From the NCBI GenBank assembly GCA_964016885.1, contig OZ024741.1, positions 337,156,001-337,220,000 on the forward strand: DNA of 64,000 nucleotides. The letters run 5' to 3'. The DNA comes from Eledone cirrhosa (lineage: Eukaryota). The position numbers and the translations under genes were made by a program. The notes under the pieces are model-generated. The model did no database searches and was not told the origin of the DNA. It saw only the letters and a program-made list of their open reading frames with translations. Position 1 is the stretch's first letter, and each line of letters starts with the position of its first letter. Shown in pieces: positions 25,130-38,940 of the stretch.

Positions 25130-25240
25130 ACACATATGTATGTATATATATATATATATATATAAACACACACACATACACACACATATGTATGTATGTA
25201 TATATATATATATATATATATAAACACACACACACATATG

Positions 25241-25283
<43 letters not shown>

Positions 25284-25304
25284 ATGTATGTATATGTATA
25301 TATA

Positions 25305-25357
<53 letters not shown>

Positions 25358-25481
25358 TGTGTATGTGTATATATATATATTTATATGGAATTCTGTTTTC
25401 TGATTTATAACTGATGAAATTCAGAACGTTAAACAAACATTCAGAAAAAATAAAAGATTGGTTGAAATGACATGCTATATA

Positions 25482-25874
25482 TGAGGGCAATCCCAAAAAT
25501 AAGGTCTCCTTCTGATATTGCAACTTTTCCATTAAAATCCTGTGGATGGTGCTTTGGGAAACCTCAGGAACCAAAATGCAGAGAACATCCAGAGTGATCC
25601 GCCGATCTTTACGCATGTTTTCCTCGGAAGGAGACCTTACTTTTAGGATTGCCCTCTTTATAATAACTGTGCAAAATTCGCACTTGGCTGTAGCGTTCAA
25701 CAGAAGCTCCATTCTCAACGGCTGCCAAGCCAAGATTGAGCATCCCAGCCAAGTGCGTGCATGCTTGTTTGGGAGTGAAGGAAGCACCAATCACAACAGT
25801 GTTACCAACAGCTGTACGAACAGTTTCTCTGCGTCCCCATCGCTTTGGAGACCTTACTTTTGGGATTACTCTCG
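25482..25874 (-). mobile_element. Internally deleted mariner with three TIR copies
   Basis: TIRs tgagggcaatcccaaaaataaggtctcc and ggagaccttacttttgggattactctcg, extra TIR at 25630-25657; TA flanks; transposase pieces [12 protein letters not shown] and [29 protein letters not shown] (HTH). Confidence 0.85.
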
Positions 25875-25879
25875 TATAT

Positions 25880-26175
25880 ATATATATTATATATATATAC
25901 ATATATATGTATCAAATATATATATATATATGATATATATATATATCATATATATACATATATATGTATCAAATATATATATATATATATGATATATATA
26001 TATATATCATATATATACATATATATGTATCAAATATATATATATATATGATATATATATATATATCATATATATACATATATATATATCAAATATATAT
26101 ATATATATGATATATATATATATATCATATATATATACATATATATGTATCAAATATATATATATATATATATAT
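25880..26175. repeat. ~50-bp TA-based minisatellite (about 5-6 units)
   Basis: catatatatacatatatatgtatcaaatatata...tg unit recurs. Confidence 0.85.
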
Positions 26176-26709
26176 ATACAAATAAAATACAGTTACTAAC
26201 TCATATTGATACCCTGCAATTAACAAGCTCAAAGTATAAATACTGAGCATTATATAATAATATATTTAGAAATAAACACAGTAAATTGTGTGTCTAAAAT
26301 TACGAGGGTTGAAATACCACATTGGTTTGATAAATTTAACCTGAAGCAAACGGAAGATATAGAATATATATATAGACCGTCTCAATAACTATTTCATCTC
26401 TCGGACAGATTAGAGATTTAATCTGTTTCGCCCTGAAAATTGTGTTTGTAACAGATAATCCATAGGCTTTCCTCAGCGAGAGATAAGATCAAATGGAACA
26501 AACACATACAACTAAAAGCCACATGAATGAATATCTCACCTCATACGCTGGACATTAGAAGTGGTGTGAGTGGTTATGCTAAAAATAATAGCCTTAATAC
26601 ATAGTTAGGGAACCAAAATACAAATAAAATACAAAGTTACTAACTCATATTGATACCCTGCAATTAACAAGCTCAAAGTATAAATACTGAGCATTATATA
26701 ATAATATAT
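26176..26709 (-). mobile_element. Candidate non-LTR retrozyme: 444-nt non-coding monomer plus ~90-nt terminal direct repeat, in (TA)n
   Basis: 26176-26265 repeats at 26618-26709 (one 2-nt indel); no ORF; central type I hammerhead. Confidence 0.75.
26394..26486 (-). ncRNA. Type I hammerhead ribozyme, predicted cleavage after GUC (between 26404 and 26403)
   Basis: Minus strand: UUAUCUCUCG-CUGAGGA-AA-GCCU(A)UGGA...UUCAGGGC-GAAA-CAGAUUA-aaucuc-UAAUCUG-UC-CGAGAGAUGA. Stem I 10 bp, stem III 7 bp plus A-U, stem II ~8 bp with one bulge, all conserved core nucleotides present. Confidence 0.88.
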
Positions 26710-26718
26710 GTATGTATG

Positions 26719-26755
<37 letters not shown>

Positions 26756-26779
26756 ATGTATATATCATATATATATATA

Positions 26780-26882
26780 TCTGAAATGGGATTCCTCCCA
26801 AGGGTCTTTGGAATAACATTACTTGATAGAGTTTGTAACTCAGAGATCAGAGAGTCACTCCAGGTAGTGCTACTACTTCCTC
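26780..26882 (+). pseudogene. Small fragment of another RTE-clade LINE
   Basis: SEMGFLPRVFGITLLDRVCNSEIRESLQV matches the RTE EMxFLRR...DRVRNxxIRE motif. Confidence 0.6.
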
Positions 26883-26962
26883 ATTTTTTTTCTAATATAT
26901 ACTGCCTGTGCATAGAGTGCTTGCTTTGGTACCAACACCAGCAGTATTTTACTGAATCACCT

Positions 26963-27055
<93 letters not shown>

Positions 27056-27098
27056 GTATATACAATATATACATATAATATTATATATAGATATAGAT

Positions 27099-27130
<32 letters not shown>

Positions 27131-27131
27131 G

Positions 27132-27165
<34 letters not shown>

Positions 27166-27772
27166 CGTTATGATGCATATTTACTCATAACATCATAACA
27201 TACCTGCATACACACAAATTTCAATCTTTATGTCTAAAACAGATACAAACATATGCACACTTCAAGGATTTATATAATGTAAATGTTTGGGGGTTTTTCG
27301 GGGGTGTGGTGGTGTGGGATGTGCAATGGTTCATCTTTTTTTCTTTTATAAAAATCTACACACATCAAAATTTTATACACAAGTTAATGTGCACACATAC
27401 AAACTGACATGACATTATTTAATCTCCCTAACTACCAATGAAACATTTTTAGACAGTGTCAATCTGAAGTGAAATTGCACAATACAAAAATTCATTGAAA
27501 GCTCACTGCAAATTCATTTTCCGTTTCTTTTTTTTTTTTTTCATAAATTACCATCTATGATGGTTTTTGCATTTACTTTTTATTTTTTGGCAGTTATTAA
27601 ATGTCCCCCTCCCCCCACCCTACATTCACTCATATCATCAGATCTTCAAGACACACAGATGAAAAAATTATATATATATGTGTATATATATATATATGTG
27701 TGTGTACGTATATATATATATATATATATCACTATGAATTTTGTAGTCTTAATGGAAATATGTATATATACA

Positions 27773-27832
<60 letters not shown>

Positions 27833-28004
27833 TGTATATATGTGTGTGTATAATATATATACAAATGTATATGTAACATATATATATATATAAATATATA
27901 TTATATATATATAAAAATATATAACAATATATAACAATAAATATATATATATAAATATATAACTATATATATATAAATATATAACTATATATATATAAAA
28001 ATAT

Positions 28005-28048
<44 letters not shown>

Positions 28049-28449
28049 CATCAGAAAAGTACAGAGCTATTTCTTCCAATTTTATACATCCCTTGACTCC
28101 AAAATGCAATATAATATGCAACATCAAAATCAGATGCACATATAGTGTTATCAGTGTGAGTTTCAAGTTTTAAAAGCAAGCGAGGGATTTGGGAATTTAA
28201 AATACATTCATCTACTTTATAAATTTTTGGGTGTTAGTGAAATATTTTGCAAAGTAAATTACTTTTATAGCTATATTTTGTTATATTAGTATATTACCAT
28301 ATTTTTTTAAGTATATTTTTTTTTCGTATTTAAGTATATATTTTTTTCTATAAATGTAAGCATCGAACTGAAAGGTGTTTTTTTGTGTGTGTGTGTGTGG
28401 GGGAGGGGGGGGGGGTGATTTGTTTATTTTGGTTGTTATTCTTATTGTT

Positions 28450-28553
28450 TTTATTTGCTGCTGTTGCCGTTGTTGTTGTTGTTGTTGGTGGTGGTAATGT
28501 TGTTATTGGTGTTATTGTTGCTGCTGCTATTGATGTTATTGTTGTTGGTGTTG

Positions 28554-28585
<32 letters not shown>

Positions 28586-28651
28586 GGTGGTGGTGGTGTT
28601 GTTGTTGTTGTTGGTAGTGGTAATGTTGTTATTGGTGTTGTTGCTGCTGAT

Positions 28652-28696
<45 letters not shown>

Positions 28697-31598
28697 GGTG
28701 GTGGTGGTGGTGGTGGTAGTGTTGTTGTTGTTGCTGCTGTTGTTGGTAGTGTTGTTATTGATGTATATACTGCTGCTGCTGCTGTTAATATGATTATTGT
28801 TGAAGTCATTGCTGTTGTCGTTGTTGTCGTTATTGTTGTATTTGCTGCTGTTGCCATTGATGTTGTTGTCACTGCTGCTATTGATGTTATTGTAGTTGTT
28901 ATTGTTGTTGATGATGTTGTTGTTTTGGATGATGTTGTTGTTTGTAGTGATGGTGGTGATGGTGGTGTTGTTGTTTGTAGTGATGGTGGTGATGGTGTTG
29001 TTGTTTGTAGTGATGGTGGTGGTGTTGTTGTTGTTGGTAGTGATGGTGGTGATGGTGTTGTTGTTGTTGGTAGTGATGGTGGTGATGGTGTTGTTGTTGG
29101 TAGTGGTGATGGTGTTGTTGTTGGTAGTGATGGTGGTGATGGTGGTGATGGTGGTGATGGTGGTGATGGTGGTGATGGTGTTGTTGTTGGTAGTGATGGT
29201 GGTGATGATGTTGTTGTTGGTAGTGGTGATGGTGTTGTTGTTGGTAGTGATGGTGGTGATGGTGGTGATGGTGGTGATGGTGGTGATGGTGGTGATGGTG
29301 TTGTTGTTGGTAGTGATGGTGGTGATGATGTTGTTGTTGGTAGTGATGGTGGTGGTGGTGGTGTTGTTGGTAGTGATGGTGGTGATGGTGTTGTTGGTGG
29401 TAGTGATGGTGGTGATGGTGTTGTTGTTGGTAGTGGTGATGGTGTTGGTAGTGATGGTGGTGATGGTGGTGATGGTGGTGATGGTGGTGATGGTGGTGAT
29501 GGTGTTGTTGTTGGTAGTGATGGTGGTGATGGTGTTGTTGGTAGTGATGGTGGTGATGGTGGTGTTGTTGGTAGTGATGGTGGTGATGGTGTTCTTGTTG
29601 GTGGTAGTGATGGTGGTGATGGTGTTGTTGGTAGTGATGGTGGTGATGATGTTGTTGTTGTTGGTAGTGATGGTGGGGATGATGATGTTGTTGTTGGTAG
29701 TGATGGTGGTGATGGTGTTGTTGTTGGTAGTGATGGTGGTGATGGTGTTGTTGTTGGTAGTGGTGATGGTGTTGTTGTTGGTAGTGATGGTGGTGATGGT
29801 GGTGATGGTGGTGATGGTGGTGATGGTGGTGATGGTGTTGTTGTTGGTAGTGATGGTGGTGATGATGTTGTTGTTGGTAGTGATGGTGGTGGTGGTGGTG
29901 TTGTTGGTAGTGATGGTGGTGATGGTGTTGTTGGTGGTAGTGATGGTGGTGATGGTGTTGTTGTTGGTAGTGGTGATGGTGTTGGTAGTGATGGTGGTGA
30001 TGGTGGTGATGGTGGTGATGGTGGTGATGGTGTTGTTGTTGGTAGTGATGGTGGTGATGGTGTTGTTGGTAGTGATGGTGGTGATGGTGGTGTTGTTGGT
30101 AGTGATGGTGGTGATGGTGTTCTTGTTGGTGGTAGTGATGGTGGTGATGGTGTTGTTGGTAGTGATGGTGGTGATGATGTTGTTGTTGGTAGTGATGGTG
30201 GTGGTGGTGGTGTTGTTGGTAGTGATGGTGGTGATGGTGTTGTTGGTGGTAGTGATGGTGGTGATGGTGTTGTTGTTGGTAGTGGTGATGGTGTTGGTAG
30301 TGATGGTGGTGATGGTGGTGATGGTGGTGATGGTGGTGATGGTGTTGTTGTTGGTAGTGATGGTGGTGATGGTGTTGTTGGTAGTGATGGTGGTGATGGT
30401 GGTGTTGTTGGTAGTGATGGTGGTGATGGTGTTCTTGTTGGTGGTAGTGATGGTGGTGATGGTGTTGTTGGTAGTGATGGTGGTGATGATGTTGTTGTTG
30501 TTGGTAGTGATGGTGGGGATGATGATGTTGTTGTTGGTAGTGATGGTGGTGATGGTGTTGTTGTTGGTAGTGATGGTGGTGATGGTGTTGTTGGTAGTGA
30601 TGGTGGTGATGATGTTGTTGTTGTTGGTAGTGATGGTGGGGATGATGATGTTGTTGTTGGTAGTGATGGTGGTGATGGTGTTGTTGTTGGTAGTGATGGT
30701 GGTGATGGTGTTGTTGTTGGTAGTGATGGTGGTGATGATGTTGTTGTTGTTGGTAGTGATGGTGGTGATGGTGGTGATGGTGGTGTTGTTGGTAGTGATG
30801 GTGGTGATGGTGTTGTTGTTGGTAGTGATGGTGGTGATGGTGTTGTTGGTAGTGATGGTGATGATGGTGTTGTTGTTGGTAGTGATGGTGGTGATGGTGT
30901 TGTTGTTGTTGTTGGTGGTGATGGTGGTGTTGTTGGTGGTGATGGTGTTGTTGTTGTTGGTAGTGGTGGTGGTGATGGTGTTGTTGTTGGTAGTGATGGT
31001 GGTGGTGGTGGTGTTGTTGGTAGTGATGGTGGTGATGGTGTTGTTGGTGGTAGTGATGGTGGTGATGGTGTTGTTGTTTGTAGTGATGGTGGTGGTGGTG
31101 TTGTTGGTGGTAGTGATGGTGGTGATGGTGTTGTTGTTTGTAGTGATGGTGGTGGTGGTGTTGTTGTTGGTAGTGATGGTGGTGATGGTGTTGTAGGTGG
31201 TAGTGATGGTGGTGATGGTGTTGTTGTTCGTAGTGATGGTGGTGATGGTGTTGTTGTTGTTGGTAGTGATGGTGGTGATGGTGTTGTTGTTGTTGGTAGT
31301 GATGGTGGTGATGGTGTTGTTGTTGGTAGTGATGGTGGTGATGGTGATGTTGTTGGTAGTGATGGTGGTGATGGTGGTGATGGTGATGATGGTGTTGTTG
31401 TTGGTAGTGATGGTGGTGATGATGTTGTTGTTGGTAGTGGTGGTGGTGGTGGTGGTGTTGTTGGTAGTGATGGTGGTGATGGTGTTGTTGTTGGTAGTGA
31501 TGGTGGTGACGGTGTTGTTGTTGGTAGTGATGGTGGTGATGGTGTTGTTGTGGTAGTGATGGTGGTGATGGTGGTGATGGTGGTGATGGTGATGATGG

Positions 31599-31629
<31 letters not shown>

Positions 31630-34600
31630 GTTGTTGTTGGTAGTAATGGTGGTGATTGTGTTGTTGTTGTTGGTAGTGATGGTGGTGATGGTGTTGTTGT
31701 TGGTAGTGATGGTGGTGATGGTGGTGTTGTTGGTGGTGATGGTGGTGTTGTTGGTGGTGATGGTGTTGTTGTTGTTTGTAGTGGTGGTAGTGATGGTGTT
31801 GTTGGTGGTAGTGATGGTGGTGATGGTGTTGTTGTTGTTGGTAGTGGTGGTGGTGATGGTGTTGTTGGTGGTAGTGATGGTGGTGATGGTGTTGTTGTTT
31901 GTAGTGATGGTGGTGGTGGTGTTGTTGTTGGTAGTGATGGTGGTGATGGTGTTGTAGGTGGTAGTGATGGTGGTGATGGTGTTGTTGTTTGTAGTGATGG
32001 TGGTGATGGTGTTGTTGTTGTTGGTAGTGATGGTGGTGATGGTGTTGTTGTTGGTGGTGATGGTGGTGATGGTGTTGTTGTTGGTAGTGATGGTGGTGAT
32101 GATGTTGTTGTTGGTAGTGATGGTGGTGATGGTGTTGTTGTTGGTAGTGATGCTGGTGGTGGTGTTGTTGGTGGTGGTGATGTTGTTGTTGGTAGTGATG
32201 GTGGTGATGGTGTTGTTGTTTGTAGTGATGGTGGTGGTGGTGTTGTTGTTGTTGGTAGTGATGGTGGTGATGGTGTTGTTGTTGTTGTTGGTGATGATGG
32301 TGGTGATGATGTTGTTGTTGTTGGTAGTGATGGTGGTGATGGTGTTGTTGTTGGTAGTGATGGTGGTGATGGTGTTGTTGTTGGCAGTGATGGTGGTGAT
32401 GGTGGTGTTGTTGGTGGTGATGGTGGTGATGATGTTGTTGTTGTTGGTAGTGATGGTGGTGATGGTGTTGTTGTTGTTGGTAGTGGTGGTGGTGATGGTT
32501 TTGTTGTTGGTAGTGATGGTGGTGGTGGTGGTGTTGTTGGTAGTGATGGTGGTGATGGTGTTGTTGTTGGTAGTGATGGTGGTGATGGTGGTAGTGATGG
32601 TGGTGATGGTGGTGTTGTTGCTGATGGTGTTGTTGGTGGTAGTGATGGTGGTGATGATGTTGTTGTTGGTAGTGATGGTGGTGATGATGTTGTTGTTGTT
32701 GGTAGTGATGATGGTGATGGTATTGTTGGTGGTGATGGTGGTGATGGTGTTGTTGTTGGTAGTGATGGTGGTGATGATGTTGTTGTTGTTGGTAGTGATG
32801 ATGGTGATGGTATTGTTGGTGGTGATGGTGGTGATGGTGTTGTTGTTGGTAATGATGGTGGTGATGGCGTTGTTGTTGGTAGTGGTGGTGGTGGTGGTGG
32901 TGTTGTTTGGTAGTGATGGTGGTGACGGTGTTGTTGTTGGTAGTGATGGTGGTGATGGTGTTGTTGTGGTAGTGATGGTGGTGATGGTGGTGATGGTGGT
33001 GATGGTGATGATGGTGTTGTTGTTGGTAGTGATGGTGGTGATGATGTTGTTGTTGGTAGTGATGGTGGTGGTGGTGGTGTTGTTGGTAGTGATGGTGGTG
33101 ATGGTGTTGTTCTTGGTGGTGATGGTGGTGATGGTGTTGTTGTTGGTAGTGATGGTGGTGATGGTGTTGTTGTTGGTAGTGATGCTGGTGGTGGTGTTGT
33201 TGGTGGTGGTGATGTTGTTGTTGGTAGTGATGGTGGTGATGGTGTTGTTGTTTGTAGTGATGGTGGTGGTGGTGTTGTTGTTGGTAGTGATGGTGGTGAT
33301 GGTGATGTTGTTGGTAGTGATGGTGGTGATGATGGTGTTGTTGTTGGTAGTGATGGTGGTGATGATGTTGTTGTTGTTGGTAGTGATGGTGGTGATGGTG
33401 TTGTTGGTAGTGATGGTGGTGATGGTGTTGTTGTTGGTAGTGATGGTAGTGATGGTGGTGACGGTGTTGTTGGTGGTAGTGATGGTGGTGATGGTGTTGT
33501 TGTTGGTAGTGATGGTGGTGATGGTGTTGTTGTTGTTGTTGGTGATGATGGAGGTGATGATGTTGTTGTTGTTGGTAGTGATGGTGGTGATGGTGTTGTT
33601 GTTGGTAGTGATGGTGGTGATGGTGTTGTTGTTGGTAGTGATGGTGGTGATGATGTTGTTGTTGGTAGTGATGGTGGTGATGGTGGTGTTGTTGTTGTTG
33701 TTGTTGGTAGTGATGGTGGTGATGGTGTTGTTGTTGGTAGTGATGGTGGTGATGGTGTTGTTGTTGGTAGTGGTGGTGGTGATGGTGTTGTTGTTGGTAG
33801 TGATGGTGGTGGTGGTGGTGTTGTTGGTAGTGATGGTGGTGATGGTGGTAGTGATGGTGGTGATGGTGGTGTTGTTGGTGATGGTGTTGTTGGTGGTAGT
33901 GATGGTGGTGATGGTGTTGTTGTTGGTAGTGATGGTGGTGATGGTGTTGTTGTTGGTAGTGATGGTGGTGATGGTGTTGTTGTTGGTAGTGATGGTGGTG
34001 ATGGTGGTGATGATGTTGTTGTTGTTGGTAGTGATGGTGGTGATGGTGTTGTTGTTGTTGGTAGTGGTGGTGGTGATGGTGTTGTTGTTGGTAGTGATGG
34101 TGGTGGTGGTGGTGTTGTTGGTAGTGATGGTGGTGATGGTGGTAGTGATGGTGGTGATGGTGGTGTTGTTGGTGATGGTGTTGTTGGTGGTAGTGATGGT
34201 GGTGATGGTGTTGTTGTTGGTAGTGATGGTGGTGATGATGTTGTTGTTGGTAGTGATGATGGTGATGGTGTTGTTGTTGGTGGTGATGGTGGTGATGGTG
34301 TTGTTGGTGGTGATGGTGGTGATGGTGTTGTTGTTGGTAATGATGGTGGTTATGGCGTTGTTGTTGGTGATGGTGTTGTTGTTGGTGGTGATGGTGGTGA
34401 TGGTGTTGTTGTTTGTAGTGATGGTGGTGGTGGTGTTGTTGGTGGTAGTGATGGTGGTGATGGTGTTGTTGTTTGTAGTGATGGTGGTGGTGGTGTTGTT
34501 GTTGGTAGTGATGGTGGTGATGGTGTTGTAGGTGGTAGTGATGGTGGTGATGGTGTTGTTGTTTGTAGTGATGGTGGTGATGGTGTTGTTGTTGTTGGTA

Positions 34601-35209
34601 GTGATGGTGGTGATGGTGTTGTTGTTGTTGGTAGTGATGGTGGTGATGGTGTTGTTGTTGGTAGTGATGGTGGTGATGGTGGTGATGGTGATGATGGTGT
34701 TGTTGTTGGTAGTGATGGTGGTGATGATGTTGTTGTTGGTAGTGGTGGTGGTGATGGTGATGTTGTTGGTAGTGATGGTGGTGATGGTGATGTTGTTGGT
34801 AGTGATGGTGGTGATGGTGGTGATGGTGATGATGGTGTTGTTGTTGGTAGTGATGGTGGTGATGATGTTGTTGTTGGTAGTGGTGGTGGTGGTGGTGGTG
34901 TTGTTGGTAGTGATGGTGGTGATGGTGTTGTTGTTGGTAGTGATGGTGGTGATGGTGATGTTGTTGGTAGTGATGGTGGTGATGGTGGTGATGGTGATGA
35001 TGGTGTTGTTGTTGGTAGTGATGGTGGTGATGATGTTGTTGTTGGTAGTGGTGGTGGTGGTGGTGGTGTTGTTGGTAGTGATGGTGGTGATGGTGTTGTT
35101 GTTGGTAGTGATGGTGGTGACGGTGTTGTTGTTGGTAGTGATGGTGGTGATGGTGTTGTTGTGGTAGTGATGGTGGTGATGGTGGTGATGGTGGTGATGG
35201 TGATGATGG

Positions 35210-35240
<31 letters not shown>

Positions 35241-38200
35241 GTTGTTGTTGGTAGTAATGGTGGTGATGGTGTTGTTGTTGGTAGTGATGGTGGTGATGGT
35301 GGTGTTGTTGGTGGTGATGGTGGTGTTGTTGGTGGTGATGGTGTTGTTGTTGTTGGTAGTGGTGGTGGTGATGGTGTTGTTGGTGGTAGTGATGGTGGTG
35401 ATGGTGTTGTTGTTGTTGGTAGTGGTGGTGGTGATGGTGTTGTTGGTGGTAGTGGTGGTGGTGACGGTGTTGTTGTTGGTAGTGATGGTGGTGATGGTGT
35501 TGTTGTGGTAGTGATGGTGGTGACGGTGTTGTTGTTGGTAGTGATGGTGGTGATGGTGTTGTTGTGGTAGTGATGGTGGTGATGGTGGTGATGGTGGTGA
35601 TGGTGATGATGGTGTTGTTGTTGGTAGTGATGGTGGTGATGATGTTGTTGTTGGTAGTGATGGTGGTGATGGTGTTGTTGTTGGTAGTGATGCTGGTGGT
35701 GGTGTTGTTGGTGGTGGTGATGTTGTTGTTGGTAGTGATGGTGGTGATGGTGTTGTTGTTTGTAGTGATGGTGGTGGTGGTGTTGTTGTTGTTGGTAGTG
35801 ATGGTGGTGATGGTGTTGTTGTTGGTAGTGATGGTGGTGATGATGTTGTTGTTGTTGGTAGTGATGGTGGTGATGGTGTTGTTGGTAGTGATGGTGGTGA
35901 TGGTGTTGTTGTTGGTAGTGGTGGTGGTGGTGGTGGTGTTGTTTGGTAGTGATGGTGGTGATGGTGTTGTTGTTGGTAGTGATGGTGGTGACGGTGTTGT
36001 TGTTGGTAGTGATGGTGGTGATGGTGTTGTTGTTGTTGGTAGTGATGGTGGTGATGGTGTTGTTGGTAGTGATGGTGGTGATGGTGTTGTTGTTGGTAGT
36101 GATGGTAGTGATGGTGGTGACGGTGTTGTTGGTGGTAGTGATGGTGGTGATGGTGTTGTTGTTGGTAGTGATGGTGGTGATGGTGTTGTTGTTTGTAGTG
36201 ATGGTGGTGGTGGTGTTGTTGTTGGTAGTGATGGTGGTGATGGTGTTGTTGTTGGTAGTGATGGTGGTGATGATGTTGTTGTTGTTGGTAGTGATGGTGG
36301 TGATGGTGTTGTTGGTAGTGATGGTGGTGATGGTGTTGTTGTTGGTAGTGATGGTAGTGATGGTGGTGACGGTGTTGTTGGTGGTAGTGATGGTGGTGAT
36401 GGTGTTGTTGTTGGTAGTGATGGTGGTGATGGTGTTGTTGTTGGTAGTGGTGGTGGTGATGGTGTTGTTGTTGGTAGTGATGGTGGTGGTGGTGGTGTTG
36501 TTGGTAGTGATGGTGGTGATGGTGGTAGTGATGGTGGTGATGGTGGTGTTGTTGGTGATGGTGTTGTTGGTGGTAGTGATGGTGGTGATGGTGTTGTTGT
36601 TGGTAGTGATGGTGGTGATGGTGTTGTTGTTGGTAGTGATGGTGGTGATGGTGTTGTTGTTGGTAGTGATGGTGGTGATGGTGGTGATGATGTTGTTGTT
36701 GTTGGTAGTGATGGTGGTGATGGTGTTGTTGTTGTTGGTAGTGGTGGTGGTGATGGTGTTGTTGTTGGTAGTGATGGTGGTGATGGTGTTGTTGTTGGTA
36801 GTGATGGTGGTGATGATGTTGTTGTTGGTAGTGATGGTGGTGATGGTGGTGTTGTTGTTGTTGGTGATGATGGAGGTGATGATGTTGTTGTTGTTGGTAG
36901 TGATGGTGGTGATGGTGTTGTTGTTGGTAGTGATGGTGGTGATGGTGTTGTTGTTGTTGTTGGTGATGATGGAGGTGATGATGTTGTTGTTGTTGGTAGT
37001 GATGGTGGTGATGGTGTTGTTGTTGGTAGTGATGGTGGTGATGGTGTTGTTGTTGGTAGTGATGGTGGTGATGATGTTGTTGTTGGTAGTGATGGTGGTG
37101 ATGGTGGTGTTGTTGTTGTTGTTGTTGGTAGTGATGGTGGTGATGGTGTTGTTGTTGGTAGTGATGGTGGTGATGGTGTTGTTGTTGGTAGTGATGGTGG
37201 TGGTGGTGGTGTTGTTGGTAGTGATGGTGGTGATGGTGGTGATGATGTTGTTGTTGTTGGTAGTGATGGTGGTGATGGTGTTGTTGTTGGTAGTGATGGT
37301 GGTGGTGGTGTTGTTGTTGGTAGTGATGGTGGTGATGGTGTTGTTGTTGGTAGTGATGGTGGTGATGGTGTTGTTGTTGGTAGTGGTGGTGGTGATGGTG
37401 TTGTTGTTGGTAGTGGTGGTGGTGATGGTGTTGTTGTTGGTAGTGATGGTGGTGGTGGTGGTGTTGTTGGTAGTGATGGTGGTGATGGTGTTGTTGTTGG
37501 TAGTGATGGTGGTGATGGTGGTGATGATGTTGTTGTTGTTGGTAGTGATGGTGGTGATGGTGTTGTTGTTGGTAGTGATGGTGGTGGTGGTGTTGTTGTT
37601 GGTAGTGATGGTGGTGATGGTGTTGTTGTTGGTAGTGATGGTGGTGATGGTGTTGTTGTTGGTAGTGATGGTGGTGATGGTGGTGATGATGTTGTTGTTG
37701 TTGGTAGTGATGGTGGTGATGGTGTTGTTGTTGTTGGTAGTGGTGGTGGTGATGGTGTTGTTGTTGGTAGTGATGGTGGTGGTGGTGTTGTTGTTGTTGG
37801 TAGTGGTGGTGGTGATGGTGTTGTTGTTGGTAGTGGTGGTGGTGATGGTGTTGTTGTTGGTAGTGATGGTGGTGATGGTGGTAGTGATGGTGGTGATGGT
37901 GGTGTTGTTGGTGATGGTGTTGTTGGTGGTAGTGATGGTGGTGATAGTGTTGTTGTTGGTAGTGATGGTGGTGATGATGTTGTTGTTGTTGGTAGTGATG
38001 ATGGTGATGGTGTTGTTGTTGTTGGTAGTGGTGGTGGTGATGGTGTTGTTGTTGGTAGTGATGGTGGTGGTGGTGGTGTTGTTGGTAGTGATGGTGGTGA
38101 TGGTGGTAGTGATGGTGGTGATGGTGGTGATGGTGTTGGTGGTGGTGGTGATGGTGTTGTTGGTGGTAGTGATGGTGGTGATGGTGTTGTTGTTGGTAGT

Positions 38201-38909
38201 GATGGTGGTGATGATGTTGTTGTTGGTAGTGATGATGGTGATGGTGTTGTTGTTGGTGGTGATGGTGGTGATGGTGTTGTTGGTGGTGATGGTGGTGATG
38301 GTGTTGTTGTTGGTAATGATGGTGGTTATGGCGTTGTTGTTGGTGATGGTGTTGTTGTTGGTGGTGATGGTGGTGATGGTGTTGTTGTTTGTAGTGATGG
38401 TGGTGGTGGTGTTGTTGGTGGTAGTGATGGTGGTGATGGTGTTGTTGTTTGTAGTGATGGTGGTGGTGGTGTTGTTGTTGGTAGTGATGGTGGTGATGGT
38501 GTTGTAGGTGGTAGTGATGGTGGTGATGGTGTTGTTGTTTGTAGTGATGGTGGTGATGGTGTTGTTGTTGTTGGTAGTGATGGTGGTGATGGTGTTGTTG
38601 TTGTTGGTAGTGATGGTGGTGATGGTGTTGTTGTTGGTAGTGATGGTGGTGATGGTGATGTTGTTGGTAGTGATGGTGGTGATGGTGGTGATGGTGATGA
38701 TGGTGTTGTTGTTGGTAGTGATGGTGGTGATGATGTTGTTGTTGGTAGTGGTGGTGGTGGTGGTGGTGTTGTTGGTAGTGATGGTGGTGATGGTGTTGTT
38801 GTTGGTAGTGATGGTGGTGACGGTGTTGTTGTTGGTAGTGATGGTGGTGATGGTGTTGTTGTGGTAGTGATGGTGGTGATGGTGGTGATGGTGGTGATGG
38901 TGATGATGG

Positions 38910-38940
<31 letters not shown>

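Noticed and set aside
24908-28051. Many YIYI/HTHT/CVCV ORFs here and elsewhere, and antisense ORFs over the LINEs and protocadherin
   Set aside because: They are translations of dinucleotide microsatellites or shadow frames of real coding sequence.
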